From Octopus sinensis (Eukaryota), in the NCBI RefSeq assembly GCF_006345805.1, contig NC_043008.1, positions 1,054,001 to 1,118,000 on the forward strand: 64,000 nucleotides of DNA. Reading direction: 5' to 3'. The position numbers were made by a program, and so were the translations under genes. Shown one piece after another: positions 12,582 through 27,865 of this stretch. Below the pieces are notes generated by a model. That model did not search any database, was not told the DNA's origin, and saw only the letters and a program-made list of their open reading frames with translations. The number at the start of each line of letters is the position of its first letter. The first letter of the stretch is position 1.

Positions 12582-13929
12582 ATATATACATATATATACA
12601 CGCATATTCGTTTCGTTTTATCAAACATTTGGGAGATGTACTCAATATTAAAAAACATAGATACGAAGCGTAAATAAATGGTGTAGCACTGCGGCCTTGC
12701 ACTCTTATTTATGTGAGTGTTGTGTGCGTGTTGTAGATTCCGCAGCTGATGACTGGTATCAAACGCATAAAATGATATAAAAATGCAGTTCGTAGTTTTT
12801 AAAATAAGATACAAAATATAGAAATATAAAATTATAATTGTAATAATAGATATATAAGTAGGTAAAATAGGTAATAACCTTTTATCTAAAAGTGCTGAAT
12901 AATTCATGTGTAAATATTTTAATATTTTCATAATTATATATGAAACATACACTCTCATCTAAATACACACATATACACATTTATATTTACATATACGTAC
13001 GTATATCTTTGTGAAAGTAGAGATAAGTACAAACTTCGGAAGTGAAAGTTAAACACATTCTCATATGCGCCCACGTATATGATTTAACACGCTCAGCTGA
13101 AAACAAAATGTATTGTGTATCCACCGACATATTATATATCAGAAATTTCATTCCGATAGCTTGAAAGCATGAATGAAAACACAAACATGGCTTCGGCCCG
13201 AACGCATGCGTCAGTACTCGAGCGATTAATGCAGTGAGGCTTGGCATCGAAAATATCAATATATGCGGTTATTTGCTATGTACACGTAACTGCCTACATA
13301 CGCAGGTTGATCGGCTTTTGCCGTCCAAGAGTATATGCCATAGGCCAGACTGTGCATAGGAGACTCAGGGGCAACAGCACCCACATGTGTGATGATATAT
13401 GGACAGAGAAGACTGGTTTATATTCCATGTTATGAATTCACGTCCAATATTTATCCATCGGTCATTCTTAATTTAATCAGTGAAGTATTTATCATACTTT
13501 CGTACTGTTATACGCTTTATACGCTGCCTATATCAACAACATTGAGGTTGTAAGTAAATATAGGCTTCGTTCAGGCAGTTGTGCTAAATCAATTACAATT
13601 TCTATGTATATCAGATAACGCAACAAAATAATTTCATAACATGTATACTATCAATTAAAACATTGACCATGTGAGACTTATTTCTCTCTCTTTATCAGCT
13701 ATATTGCTTGTCTTACGTCTCTACTCAAATGGTTGAGTAAGGATTCGTGTCCATTAATGTTCGAGGAGACTTCTGGTTTGAGTCAGTTGTGCTTCAATGG
13801 CTAATACGGATATACTTAAGATGCCATACGATGTTGAGTACTACTACTTTTTCTTACGTTCGTCACTATTTATACACACACAAACGTATGTATGTAGGAA
13901 TATCTAGATATGTATATGTATCTCTCTCT

Positions 13930-14000
<71 letters not shown>

Positions 14001-14077
14001 ATTGTATATTTATGTATGTATATCTAGGTATCTATTTGTGCATTTGGGTGTTTATATGAAAACGAACATAAAATGTG

Positions 14078-14145
<68 letters not shown>

Positions 14146-15489
14146 CTCACACACAAACAAACACATACAAACGCACAAAGTATATATAAATATATAACAG
14201 CATATGTTCTTCTCGTAGTGATATAACCGCCAAGATTTTGTTGCCTGTTGCTTTAACTGAACATTTTGGGCGGATTTAACTAGGCTTTCATAATAATTTG
14301 ACAGCTAAAATCTATGAAACAAAGCAGAAATCTTAATCTGCTGCCCCTTAAACGTTTCAGGATTAACTATGGAATAATTTTTGCTAAGAAAGTGACGTAA
14401 TCTCTTGTAAATGTCATTATTTTATTCTTACAACATTGAATAGAAATAAAAATTAATTTTCAATATCTATTTTATATATTTTACAGCACAAAAGAATTGC
14501 ACAGAAAACAAGATTAGAAAAACGAAAGATTGGAAACATAAGGTAACTCCAAAACTATACACAGAAACATATTCTCATTCTATCAGAAAGCGAAGCATGC
14601 AGATTTATATTTTGTGGAAAAGTTGTGTTTGTTACGAAGCACAATATATCAGGCAGAGAAAATATTTGAAAGATAGGAGACAAAACTGTAAGCAAAATCT
14701 ATGCAATAAAAGTGAGAGATAACTAGACTGACTATACAAAAATTATTTTATGCTAGAGATTTACATGAATCTCTTTTTATAAGTCGGTTAAGAACAGTTT
14801 GAGATTCCTTATCAGTTACCAAAATAAGCGATAATCTCACGCATTAATGACGAAAATATAGAAAAGTAATTTGAAAAAATGTGATTCGTAATGTGTAACT
14901 AATTGTTTGCTACACTGTTATAAAAATCCATACAGAGAAAAACTAGTCAAAAACTACATTTACTGATTATAGTCTTGCGTCGTGTAACGCTGTTTTTATA
15001 CAAGAGCAGAAAAGACAGAGTTCCTACTCATTATGTGTTTATGTGAGAAGCAGTATTGAATGACAGACGCTATATTCCGACAGGAAACATGGACCGATTG
15101 TAAGCAAAGGAGTTGGACTTATATCATTTATATTCTATACACAGTGCTCATGAATCGTTACATGGAATTTCTTTCGACTAATTAACAGTTTCACGAAGCA
15201 AAAACCATGGACAGAAAATATATGCACCGTATTAAAACTGAAGCGATTGTAAACGCACACAGAAGATCGCCGGAATAACCATGCAAAACATTCCAAACAG
15301 AACGCTAATAATTCAGGTACCGTTTTCTTCTCTCCTAAACGACTAATATCGATAATATGCATAAACGGAGAAATATACTACAGATGCGACGTCGATTCCG
15401 AGAGAGACAGAAAGAGAGGGAGAGAGAAAAAGAAGAAAAAAGACAGATAAGAAGAAGAAGAGAGAGTGTGTGAATGAGTGATAGCGCGC

Positions 15490-17002
15490 CTCACGGAATT
15501 ATATCACGTCATTCATACTTTATTTCGAAGAGATTTAAAAACATACAAGAGAGGTTGTCAGCATTTGAACTCAGAGCTTCCACCGACATAATATATAATG
15601 CAAGATATTCCATCCGGCAGCCTGAACCTTCTACCATTTCCCCAATTTTCTAGTAGCTACATACACCACCGATATAAATATCTAGCAGTTATGAAGAAAT
15701 GTATCTCTATTTCTCTTGTCCAATACCGTTTCTTTTTTCTTTTTTTTTACTTATTATCGTCATCTCCATCTCTGTCATCATCATTGTCATCATCACATCA
15801 TAGCCATCATCATCCTGTGCCTCTTTGAACATATCACCATACATGGTGTGTTATTGTTGTTATTACTGTTTCAATGTTTGTTGTTGCTGCAGCTCTTGCT
15901 GTTACTGTCGTTCACTTTTACTCGTTTCTTAGTTTCTCGTCCGTTTCGTCGTTTCTTACTTTTCATTTTTTGGTTAAAATTCATTTATATATAACAATCC
16001 TTTAGTTGATATTTCTCGTAACTTGTGCAAAAACATTTTCAAAAATAGTAACTAAGCAATGTAAATAAGCAACTTAAAAAACGAACCTAAATCATTCCTA
16101 AAAAAATAACCAAAACCACCTAACAAATCACATACTGTAAGGATTACTTAGTACGCTGCCGGTCTCAAACCAGTACGATTTCTACTTTCTTTCAGCGAAA
16201 TTCTGTTTTTAAATACCACTAGTTTTCACTACAATATTTTTTGTATCACATTAGGGTCGATAAAATCAGTAAAACTTATATACCGAAGTCTATTTAGATG
16301 TTTGCAAACGATTCTTTTATAAGTAAAAAAAAAGAAAAAAGAAACGGTATTGGACAAGAGAAATAGAGATACATTTCTTCATAACTGCTAGATATTTATA
16401 TCGGTGGTGTATGTAGCTACTAGAAAATTGGTGAAATGGTAGAAGGTTCAGGCTGCCGGATGGAATATCTTGCATTATATATTATGGCGGTGGAAGCTCT
16501 GAGTTCAAATGCTGACAACCTCTCTTGTATGTTTTTAAATCTCTTCGAAATAAAGTATGAATGACGTGATATAATTCCGTGAGACCGGCAGCGTACTAAG
16601 TAATCCTTACAGTATGTGATTTGTTAGGTGGTTTTGGTTATTTTTTTTAGGAATGATTTAGGTTCGTTTTTTAAGTTGCTTATTTACATTGCTTAGTTAC
16701 TATTTTTGAAAATGTTTTTGCACAAGTTACGAGAAATATCAACTAACAGGATTGTTATATATAAATGAATTTTAACCAAAAAAATGAAAAGTAAGAAACG
16801 ACAAAACGGACGAGAAACTAAGAAACGAGTAAAAGTGAACGACAGTAACAGCAAGAGCTGCAGCAACAACAAACATTGAAACAGTAATAACAACAATAAC
16901 AACACCATGTATGGTGATATGTTCAAAGAGGCACAGGATGATGATGGCTATGATGATGATGATGACAATGATGATGACAGAGATGGAGATGACGATAATA
17001 AG
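15490..17002. repeat. Inversion flanked by inverted duplications (A-B-C-A'-B')
   Basis: A 15490-15754 = reverse complement of 16319-16583. B 15750-16167 = reverse complement of 16580-17002. Unique spacer 16168-16318. Confidence 0.95.
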
Positions 17003-17301
17003 GGTTATAATAGTGATGGTGATTATAAGCCTGCTTTCCCGATAACTTAAAAAATATTCCTATAATTGGTCAAGTTCTCCCTTCAAGTAATTTTTTTTAA
17101 AGTATTGGAAACCGAAAATTGCCTTCACCGATTAAAAAAAAAAGTAAAAAAACAATCAGAATTTGGAATGAAGTAAAAGTAAAGATTCGGAAAGTATTGA
17201 TTAATTTTCCATCGATATGTTCATAGATTTTCTGTTAAAATAGAAGTTTCTGTGGATGCAATCATGCTATCAAACGTTTGGTGCTTGTGATAATGACGAA
17301 A

Positions 17302-17352
<51 letters not shown>

Positions 17353-17454
17353 TAATAATAACAATAATAATAGTAGTAATAACAACAACAATAATACTAA
17401 TAATAATGGTAATAATAATGGTCTTTGATTTAAGCATAAGGGCAACAATTTTCA

Positions 17455-17620
17455 AAGAAATTGGTTAGTCGATACCACTGACACCAAGACTTGAGTAATG
17501 CTTTAAATTATCGACCGAAGAGGAATGATGCAATGTTGACCTCCGTGGGATTTCCATTCAGAACGTACAGTCGGAACACGTGACGCAAGGTATTTTTTTA
17601 GTCACTCGAACAATAACACT
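17455..17620 (-). mobile_element. Diverged SINE
   Basis: TAGTCGAT..TTATCGACCGAAGAGGAATGA..GTTGACCTCCGTGGGATTT..TCAGAACGTA resembles the reverse complement of the 47405 family. Confidence 0.55.
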
Positions 17621-17637
17621 CATTCATTCACATAATA

Positions 17638-17640
17638 TTG

Positions 17641-17713
<73 letters not shown>
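17638..17713 (+). repeat. (TAA)n microsatellite
   Basis: About 24 perfect TAA units directly upstream of the LINE fragment. Confidence 0.95.
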
Positions 17714-17714
<1 letters not shown>

Positions 17715-17985
17715 CAATTACTATCATAATAGGTGCATTAGGCATGATAAAAAAATATTCAGACAAATACATAACAAAAACACCAGGACTTATAAACACA
17801 TATAACATACAGAAAATTGCACTACTAGGCACTGCACACATCCTACGCAGAACATTTTCCATACAATAACCATCAGAGCATCACAACAAATCACAGCACA
17901 TACCCAAGGCACACAGAGCTGCACTCGGTAGTGAAGTGAACACATGCTATAAACATATAACTACTGAATAATAATAATAATAATA
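17714..17985 (+). mobile_element. 5'-truncated R4/Dong-like (RLE-type) non-LTR retrotransposon 3' end
   Basis: 17714-17869 translates to TITIIIGALGMIKKYSDKYITKTPGLINTYNIQKIALLGTAHILRRTFSIQ*, with the IIIGALG / QK..LLGTA.ILR C-terminus of this clade. A ~100-nt 3' UTR and a (TAA)n tail follow. Confidence 0.85.
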
Positions 17986-18056
17986 ACAGCAACGACAACA
18001 ACATCAACAAGAGCAATAATGTACATTATTTACATCATTTACGTTACTTACATTAG

Positions 18057-18100
<44 letters not shown>

Positions 18101-20828
18101 TCAATAAATGAAGATAAAGGGAAGGCTTAACGCAACATCAAAATGTTGATACTTTGGTAAACAAAGAAATGGACATGATCAAACGAGATAGGAGACTGTC
18201 ACCTACGAGTTATCGCGGCTCCTTAATATCAGCTTCAACGCCAGAGGTCCCTTACGATTGGCCGATAATTACCTACAGGTAGGAATAGAAATAAATAGCT
18301 TAAACGTAGTTTTTCTGACTTTAGACCTGTGTAACATTGGCTTTGTATAAACTTTTTTTAAAAGATGTCTGCATTGGTAGCTCCAGACTACTGGTGTGGA
18401 TTTCTTCACAGCGTATAATTTTCTCGTAATTGCAGTATTTTTATTTTTCTGCTTTTAAAAATGGCGTTTCCGTAAGCGTTTCATTATTGATTTGGAAAAT
18501 TTTTGTTTGATTATAGTTGGGCATATTTTTCTAATAGACTCCCTTTCCTTACTCCAGGCCTCCTATTTTCTGTTCTCTCTTTGTAAATTTTACCCCAATA
18601 ATTTCTATTCTTAAAACATTTCCTCTCGAAACTAAATACATATAACGGATGGTTAGCACCAGATCAAAAGCATAGAGCCACTATTAAAATATTTGATTGG
18701 ATTTGAAGTAAAATGTTCTGCAACACGTGGTTACAGAACATATTCCCCCAACAGGATATATGGATCGTTGCTTCTATGCGGCATTTCATAGTTATGAAAA
18801 CGCCTGCAGGTTATGAACGATCAAAATACCCTCAGGTAAGTTGGAAAACTATAATGAAGTACATGAATTAGGAGGAAAGGAAAACACCATAAAATTTATT
18901 GTAAAAGCAGATCATCCTCTAAGCAATACAATTGCGGTAAACTGGAAAGATTGCTGTGAAATAAAGGAAATAAGCCTTCTATAAGCTCAAGCCGTATAGA
19001 ACTATAATCTATTGAAAAAATTATGAAACAGCAATTCTATGCAGTAATACTAAACGTTATAATAAGATTACGGAGACTACGAAAACAAAAGAAGCATGTT
19101 TTATGGTTCCACACACAAATGTAGGATAGAATACTGTACCAAAACCTGCTAACTAGAACAAGGAAGTAATATGATTAAAATCGATTAAAATCAACACGTA
19201 AGCACACATAGATTCTATACCGGAAACTACAAAATGTAGTAAAATAAATAAGCGAAGTTAACATAAAATCAGCTCACACGCTTCAAGTAAAAGAAGTATA
19301 GAAGAAAAGTCATTCAGTTAGAAAATCTAATTTATCTCTTCGAAAACCTCAGCCAATTGAATAAAGACGCGAAACTGATACGAGGAAAACTTTAGCGAAA
19401 AGAAGTAAAAGGAGGACAATGCAGAAATAAAAAAAAACAGGTCAGTGGGTTTGGAAGTTTTAATAATGCGGCTTTTTAATATATCAAAATATAAATTGCA
19501 AGAGGGCTAACTGCGAGGAATAGAGAGAAATTCCGAAAATATATTTTCAAACACATTTTGTTTTGCAAATACGAACTTGATATGTAAAAGATAACTGATT
19601 TCTCCATAACGTATGACGTTGGGTAATTAGATATTAGAAGAGAAGTCAGTCAGTGTCCCCTCATATTTGAGAAAATGCATGGAGAATTCGGAAATATAAT
19701 TGCATATTTTGATATCAATAAACACCATAGTATAAATGTATAAATAAGAAATGAAACACATCGGTTGAAAGAAACAGCTGTTTCTTTCAATAAAATCAAA
19801 TAATGAAATGAAAACATAAAAATGTATGGAAGGTAGAATTTTGTAAACAAATCTTAAAATTGTACAAAAACAAATATACAGAAATATATAAATAGATCCA
19901 AACACAGAGACACGGCAGAAACACACGTACACACACACACATAATATCCGAGCCTACAAATTCATACACATGCACCAATGAACACGACGAACACACGTAT
20001 AAGCATACGGACATCAATGCGTATACATTTATATACGCATATATATATATATACATATATATATATAGAAATAGGCAGATTGCTAGGTAGGTAGATGCAT
20101 ATATATATATATATATGAAAGAAGGTTTGTAAATGCTATTTTAAAGATGTTTATTCACTTGACCGGTTTCACTTTATTTTAGAAAAAGATTGTCAAATAT
20201 AAAATGTAATGCTTTGTATGAGTTTTGTTGTGTTAAGAGCCTTGTAGAAGATATATATATATATATTTATATATATATCAGAGTCAGAACGTAAATGCGA
20301 AACAAGTTGAAAAAATACTAAACGAATACTGGAGGTAGAGTAATATGCTTTATCAACAACTCCTACTCAGAGTTTTACAATCCCGTTCATCGGACAGTTG
20401 TGATTCAGAATGGAACATGTGATTGGTTGTACGTATAATATATTATAATGTAATTCACATTGACCGATCTACATTTGAATTTCATTGGTCGTTTAAACTA
20501 GCGGCTTGTGTAGGAAGCGATGAATATCAAAAATAAAGATTAACACGATTAAAAATTAAAAGGCATAAATATCAAGCTGTATAAAATCGAAGAAAACCTT
20601 AGATCAAAAAGAAATTCTTAGTTTAAAAGGGAAAACATACTAGTGAGAGTAAATTAGTATATGGTAAATAATATAAATGGAAGTCTGTTTTTAACAAGAA
20701 TATTCACTTACAGAAATCTATATGCGTAGATATAGAGACACAAGATATTCACATACATACAAACGTATGCATGCATCATTATATTTGCACGTACTTAAAA
20801 GAAACATAAACACACACACACACACACA

Positions 20829-20864
<36 letters not shown>

Positions 20865-21008
20865 AACACATACAAAAGTTGATACATACATAAAAACCTA
20901 CACAGGCATACATATGCTTATGTAGATATCTATGTATTCTAATGTATACATAGATATCTACATACACAGTTGTATTGTAAAGTTGTTGTAGCTGTAATAA
21001 CGAAGTAT

Positions 21009-21060
<52 letters not shown>

Positions 21061-22772
21061 TATATATCAATTGTAGAAACAAGATATGGATGCAAGTAAT
21101 CCAGCAGAACTCATAAAAAATATCCTTAACGTATCATTCTACAAAACGTATAGAATATACAAAACGATGGAAGAGATAATAAGGAGGGTGTAAAAATCAT
21201 AAGTGAGAGCAAAAGAGTTCGATGAAATTTTATGTAACAATAAGAAAATTCAAATATAACGACAAATTGCTTCGTAACTTAAAACCGTATAAATAAGTTA
21301 GATTAATATATTTAATAAGAAATAGCTCATTTTATTACTTCAATGTAAAATGCATAAAATCTTTCAAAATAATGCAAAATTTAAGTTACATCCTCAGGTG
21401 AAAGAAATTTTTTGTTAAATACTAAACTCTCGGTGTAACGATAGAAGGCAAAGTGAATATTGAAAATATTATGGAAAACAATAAAAATAAAATAGATATA
21501 AAATAATAAGACGATTGCCTAATAAATGGAAGGAAATGTTAGTCATATAATTAAAAAGTAACTAGTAGATATTAGTACACTAAAAGAAATGTGATACATT
21601 TATTACTAAAAATCTAGAAAATAAAGTATCGTAAAAAATAGGGAAAAAGATACTAAGTAACTGAAAGTAAATAGATGTATTTAAAGACAATATTTACGAA
21701 ATATACGGATTGATATGAACAAGAAGATATGAACAATAGCAAATGAAAAGAAATTGGAAATCTGAAGATATAAGTAAATATTTTTTGCAAGTTTATAGAA
21801 AATATGGAAGACAACGAGAATAAAATCAATATAAATTAGTGAAACCATTTTCGAAGATGAGAAACAAGATTTATTCAGACATTAGGAAATAGTTGCTTGA
21901 TAGTTTTAGTATAAAGAGAGGATACTCATATAATTATAGGGATAAATTTAGAAAATATTTATTATGATATCAAGATAAAAATTAATAATAAATCTCGGAG
22001 CGAGGTATAAACAGTAGCAGTAGCTGCACGATATCGTAAAGTATATTTGCCACTTATGCTACTGTAGCTTGTAGCCCCAGGAGGACACCTCCTCCAGCTG
22101 ACTATTGACACACTTTCTGTGCCCTATTATTATAAAAGTCATGAAGTTAATTAAGTTAATATTGATTTAACATTAATATTGTTATCCCTCTCAGGTTTCA
22201 TCCTTAGCAAGAAGCAATGTCATTGCTTTCGTTACATATAAATTGGAGGGTATTCAATTAAAGTTTTAAGATATTCTCGTTGTTGTAATTTGCTTATCGG
22301 TGACATACCGGATAGTTTTGTAGCAGTTGAAATCGGAGTTCTATTCATGAGAACGCGCAGTCGAAAAGAATGTCAGCGAGTGTTATGCTACACCTTAAAC
22401 ATACTAGTTGTTAAACATGTATAGGGTTTACTAGAAGCAGTGGGGAGAGTTAACTCAACATGTATATTCTACGTTATTAAATAAGCAATTCTCATCTACA
22501 GGGCAATTATTCTATTCACATAGTGTTTATGTACTAGGACCTTACATACAGAAACACAGAACGACAATAAAAGTAAGCTCTACATATAATTTTTTGAGAA
22601 AATACTTAAGTGTTTCAATTTTTTTTATGCTTATTTCAATATGGTTCTGCTATTATCGGAATTTGCTGCCGATAATTTGCAAGAAATAGAAATAATATGG
22701 GTTAGGAAAATACTGCAATTTTAAAATTATTGACGACTAATCTTACGCATGAAAGCTTGTGAATATGAAAAG

Positions 22773-22809
<37 letters not shown>

Positions 22810-23149
22810 AAATATATATGTATATATATATATATATATAATATATATATATATATATTATATATATATAAGACCATATAAAAATATGTACACAAACGCA
22901 TACTAATAGGTGCGTATCTAGATAAGTGTATAGGTGTATGTGAGTGTACACACATAGACATATACTCGTACATGAGTTGCAATCATATTTTTTAAATTGC
23001 ATATAATATAATAATATAATCTCACTGTGGTCTTCCGCATTGGCCTCCATTCGTATGCGCTTCCACACATGGCCTGCTCGGTCACATATGCACACGCATT
23101 CACAAAAAAATACTCATATGTTCACGATCTCTATAGATACATAATATGT

Positions 23150-23217
<68 letters not shown>

Positions 23218-23597
23218 AAGTACATATCTTTATAAAATCATACGTAAATATGTATAAGTAAAAATCTATATATGTGTGTGTTTGTCTGTGTGTATATGTG
23301 TATGCGTATGTGTGTGCGCATGCCTGTGTGTGAAATTCATACAGAAACACTTATACATGCTGAAGAATTCAACACTTGCTAAACGAACATACGAACACAC
23401 ACACGCACACACAATATACACACACACGCGCATATATATATATATACATTTGCATTTCTAAATGCATAATTTATGGACGAATGACCAATAAAATTTTTCT
23501 AGTCATCCTATTCCTTAAAGTATGAATCTTATTTAGAATCTAAAACTTCCATATCTTAAATAATAAAGGATATATGTGTATTTATGTGTACACGTAC

Positions 23598-23638
<41 letters not shown>

Positions 23639-24121
23639 AACGTATATAAATGTATACATGCACACATATACATTCACATATACGTACATATACACATTAC
23701 ATACATATATGTATGTATATATATATATATAATAGTAAATCGTTACTACTGGATCTTCCACTGATCATGTGATAAATACGTCGTGAATCAATATGGGAAA
23801 ACGATAAACTAAATTAAAATACGAAGATCAACAACATATCTCATCTCCACTGTAGTGTACCCTGTGATAATAGGTATACATAAAATATATATATAGCAAT
23901 AAAATTCTTCTAAGTTAGATGAAAAAGAGATCAATTTTTCCAGATATTGAAGATTGAATTTGAAAATAAAAATAAAAGAATTTCATGCACTTTGGTGAAT
24001 AGAAGAATAAACCAAAACACTTATATTTTTTATATATGAAGGGAAAATATAATCACCGAAATTCATGCGTACATATATGCATATCCATATATGTACATAC
24101 ACGCATATATTAATATATATG

Positions 24122-24153
<32 letters not shown>

Positions 24154-25954
24154 TACATATAGATACACATAAATATATGCATACACATATATCTACATAT
24201 ACACACACGCATATATATATATACATATACAGAGAGAAAGATAGGTATATACATAGATAGATAGATATTAATTATATCTCAAAGATGAATTTCCCTTATA
24301 TGAAGGTCTGATTCTGGAAACTAGTTTATTTATTTCTTTGTTTTAGAGGAAGGAATGAAAAAAATATGAAGCGATTTAGTGGAACGCTGAAACACGATTT
24401 GCCGATTAGTTTGCAAAGAAATATTGATAGAAATTGTAATGTTTTAAGGAAGTATGTAGTGATATTTTAGTATTTTACTCCCTCTCAATGAAGTAATGAA
24501 CGATAAATTTAACTCTCTTATATTCAGTTGCAATTTTTCTAAGTAAATCTATTAACATATTAAAGAAAAATATTGCAATTGAAATAAGTTGTTGCAAAAC
24601 TGACTAACATATCAAAGATCGATGTATTTAAGACAATAACTCTCGTCATTTAAGGTAATCAGTATTTTAAAATAAATGATTGAATATTATTTGTGTATCA
24701 GTCCAAATACAATGATGGAGAGTTGTATATTTTCAACTTCGCAGACGAATTATGCATATTTTAATGCCCAGGTTTTTACCTTTGCATTTCGAACGAGATT
24801 TGGTTGCAAGGATGTATGTCTTTCATTCATTAAACTTCACACGCTTCACCTCATGTCACAATCTTTATTTTCAAGTTACGTATATGTCTTTTCATACGTT
24901 CGCAAAATGTTGTGTGAAGGTCTTAAATGATATCTACCTTTAGGCTTTGTATGCAGATTGTGTTGCTAGTTTAAGAATCCATCACTGCTTCCTGCTCAAA
25001 GAGACTGGACCGGAATAATTGGTCGTTTTGACCCTCCTTTATTTCGTTTTTGAATGGGGGGGGGGGGCGTACGTCTTTAGTTTCGTTTATGAAATTCGAG
25101 TGAAAGGTTATGATTATAATGAATAACTCGGATATACATACAATGATATAATGAAAGATATAATTTAGCAGAAAAATCATTTAAGGCAATCATTTTTTAC
25201 GGTACTTATCGAAATTTCGTAGAAAAATGCTATTAAAAGCTGTCGAAAAAGTAATGCCTAGAGAATCTTCCAGAAGGTGTTGATCTAAGGATTCTCAGCT
25301 CTATATAGTTCGTATTTTCATATCTGACTTAAGGGGAGTGACAAGTGGGGCACAAGATATGCTTGCAGCATTGGTATCTAAGTTCCCAGTTTGAGAGATA
25401 CAGAGAATATGTATATATATATATATATATATGCATTACATATATACGCAGACTCTCACACATACTGGCATATACACAAGCATGTACGTACACACTCAAA
25501 TGGACACACACACACACACATGTTCCTAATTTAAAGTAATTAAAATTTATATCCAATTAAATAAAGTTTGTACACCGATACATGTCATCGGTCAAGAAAC
25601 TACATCGATTCAATATTTGGCATCTCTCGATATTTCTAATCATTTGGTAACATTGAAAGAGACAAACCAAAACAAACAGATACAATATTCTGTGGTTACT
25701 TTGTTTTTTTTTCGCTTCAAATTAACAAGGAGTAAAACGTTGTATGATCAAAGACGAATTTTTAGAAGTAGTTATGAGCGTATTATCGAATATGACTTTT
25801 TATCTACAAAACTGTCGCAATCGTTTAATGAAGAATTGGCTGACATGTATAACAACTCGAGCTACCACGTAGAGAAAGTTAGAAAAGGTTATATGAATGG
25901 AACAATTAAATTAAAACTCAAATTGTGCTTTTATCTCTCTATCAAACCGTAGAT

Positions 25955-26650
25955 GTTTCCGTTTGGCTCAAAATGATGAACGAAGTACTTCCACTGGGTT
26001 AGAAAACGTTCGACGAGAACAAGTGGATCTGCCGGAAACAATGTCAGATGTGACATAATTACTAATCATTGATTAGCCTGGTGCGATTTTGATCAGGTGT
26101 CAGGAGCCGTATCACCCGCAGATCAGAAATCTTCGTCGTGCCAACTTCAATGTGCGGAATATTCTCCACTCTCTCACAGGTTATGCTAATAGCATTGCCT
26201 ATTTGATTTATAGTCAGTCGCCCTTCATCCATCACCATGTGGTGGACATGATTAATGTTTTCCCCGTTAGTGGCCTAAGCAGGACGTCCAGACCACGGGT
26301 CATCTTCAAGGCTCTCCCTTCCTAACTTAAATTCAGCGGCCCACTTTTGCACTGAGGATAATGTTGGAGCGTCATCCCCTAAGGTAGCAGCTATGTCAGC
26401 ATGAATGTTTTTGGGGGGCAAACCTTTTTCTAACAGTTACCTGCTATCACCAGGATACCACATTGTGCCCATTTTGATGAGAAGTCGCAGCTAATTACAT
26501 TCGAATTCTTCTTTGAACGGATGTCTGTTTACCTGCAAAAGCCTAATATGGTTATTAAGATGTAGAGTTGAAATCAATGCATGCAAACGTTCACAGCTAC
26601 AGCATGACTCGTTCATAGTCAGTCTATAAACCTTTCATCCCACCCTCATA
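25955..26650 (-). mobile_element. Mariner transposon remnant (5' TIR plus N-terminal transposase pseudogene)
   Basis: From ATG at 26472 the minus strand gives ...KGLPPKNIHADIAATLGDDAPTLSSVQKWAAEFKLGRESLEDDPWSGRPA*...RLLTPDQ, with in-frame stops, and further on ERFLTQ..VHHFEP. TIR-like TATGAGGGTGGGATGAAAGGTT lies at 26650-26629. Confidence 0.9.
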
Positions 26651-27102
26651 TACACGCACACACATATGCACATATATCATCAACCTCATCATCATCATCA
26701 TCCTCATCATCCTCATCATCATCATCATCATCATCATCTTCATCATAGCCATTCTCTCAACAAAAGTATTGTTAAAACATGTTAATTTATGTTATATAAT
26801 ATTTATATTACACTTTATATCATACATTATGTTATTTACACTATATATTATAGACATTTGCATAGAAAGGCATATATAATGAAACAATATAGTTTATTTT
26901 CCACCGCGAAAACAAAATGGATATTTATCAGAATTTATACGCTACATTTCTCTCTCTCACACTCTATCTCTATGTATATACATAATACATATAATGTATA
27001 TATATATATATATATGCATATATATATATACATTTATATACATATATATATATTATATATATATATATGCATATATATATACATATATATACATATATAC
27101 AT

Positions 27103-27182
<80 letters not shown>

Positions 27183-27865
27183 TAGATAGATTGATAGATA
27201 GTTTCACACACACACACATTTATATATATACCTCACATGGTAAATAAAGTTTTCTCTGTGATAGGAGTTATAAGAATACAATAGAGACGCATCAGAAATA
27301 TTTATTCTTGTTTCAACAAGTTTAATTATCGTAATGGGAAATGTTACGAAAGCTTGCGTTTTTTTTTTACGCGGTTGAGTTAGAAATGTAGCAGATTGTT
27401 TAGTTAAGACATCCACCAATTTCAATTAATTTAATAGAGTCTGTTGTGTGTTGAGCTTTGAAACTCAGAAATCATAGTTAAAATGTCTTCCATTGACGAC
27501 ATTCAATGAAAGTAACATTTCTAAGAATGTGATAGTGTGATTACTTCTCTTTATATATCTCCGAAAATTTACCATTTATAAATCATCGAGATTAAAGACG
27601 CTGTTTATAAATAGGTTTTGGGCATTAGTTTAAATAGATTTTATCAAGTTGATAAATACAGTAGTTTTAAAATTTATTTATCTTTAATCTTCTATTGTTG
27701 AAAATAGACTATTTTGAGTTCTTGTTTTTATTTTATTTGCAAACCTTCTGTATGATGAGGATAGGATCAGTACGTATAGGTAAGCTTGGGAATTATTATT
27801 ACTAACTATATTACTGAACTTGGGTCTTTGCGATTTTATATACGTCTCAGTATTTGGGACAACAG

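Noticed and set aside
18100-19160. Possible Penelope GIY-YIG remnant (minus-strand RVAEHF)
   Set aside because: Only one short motif amid stops; not enough to call.
20350-20400. Minus-strand CCGATGA in a TA-flanked fragment
   Set aside because: GAAA and the stems are not recoverable; too degenerate to call a ribozyme.
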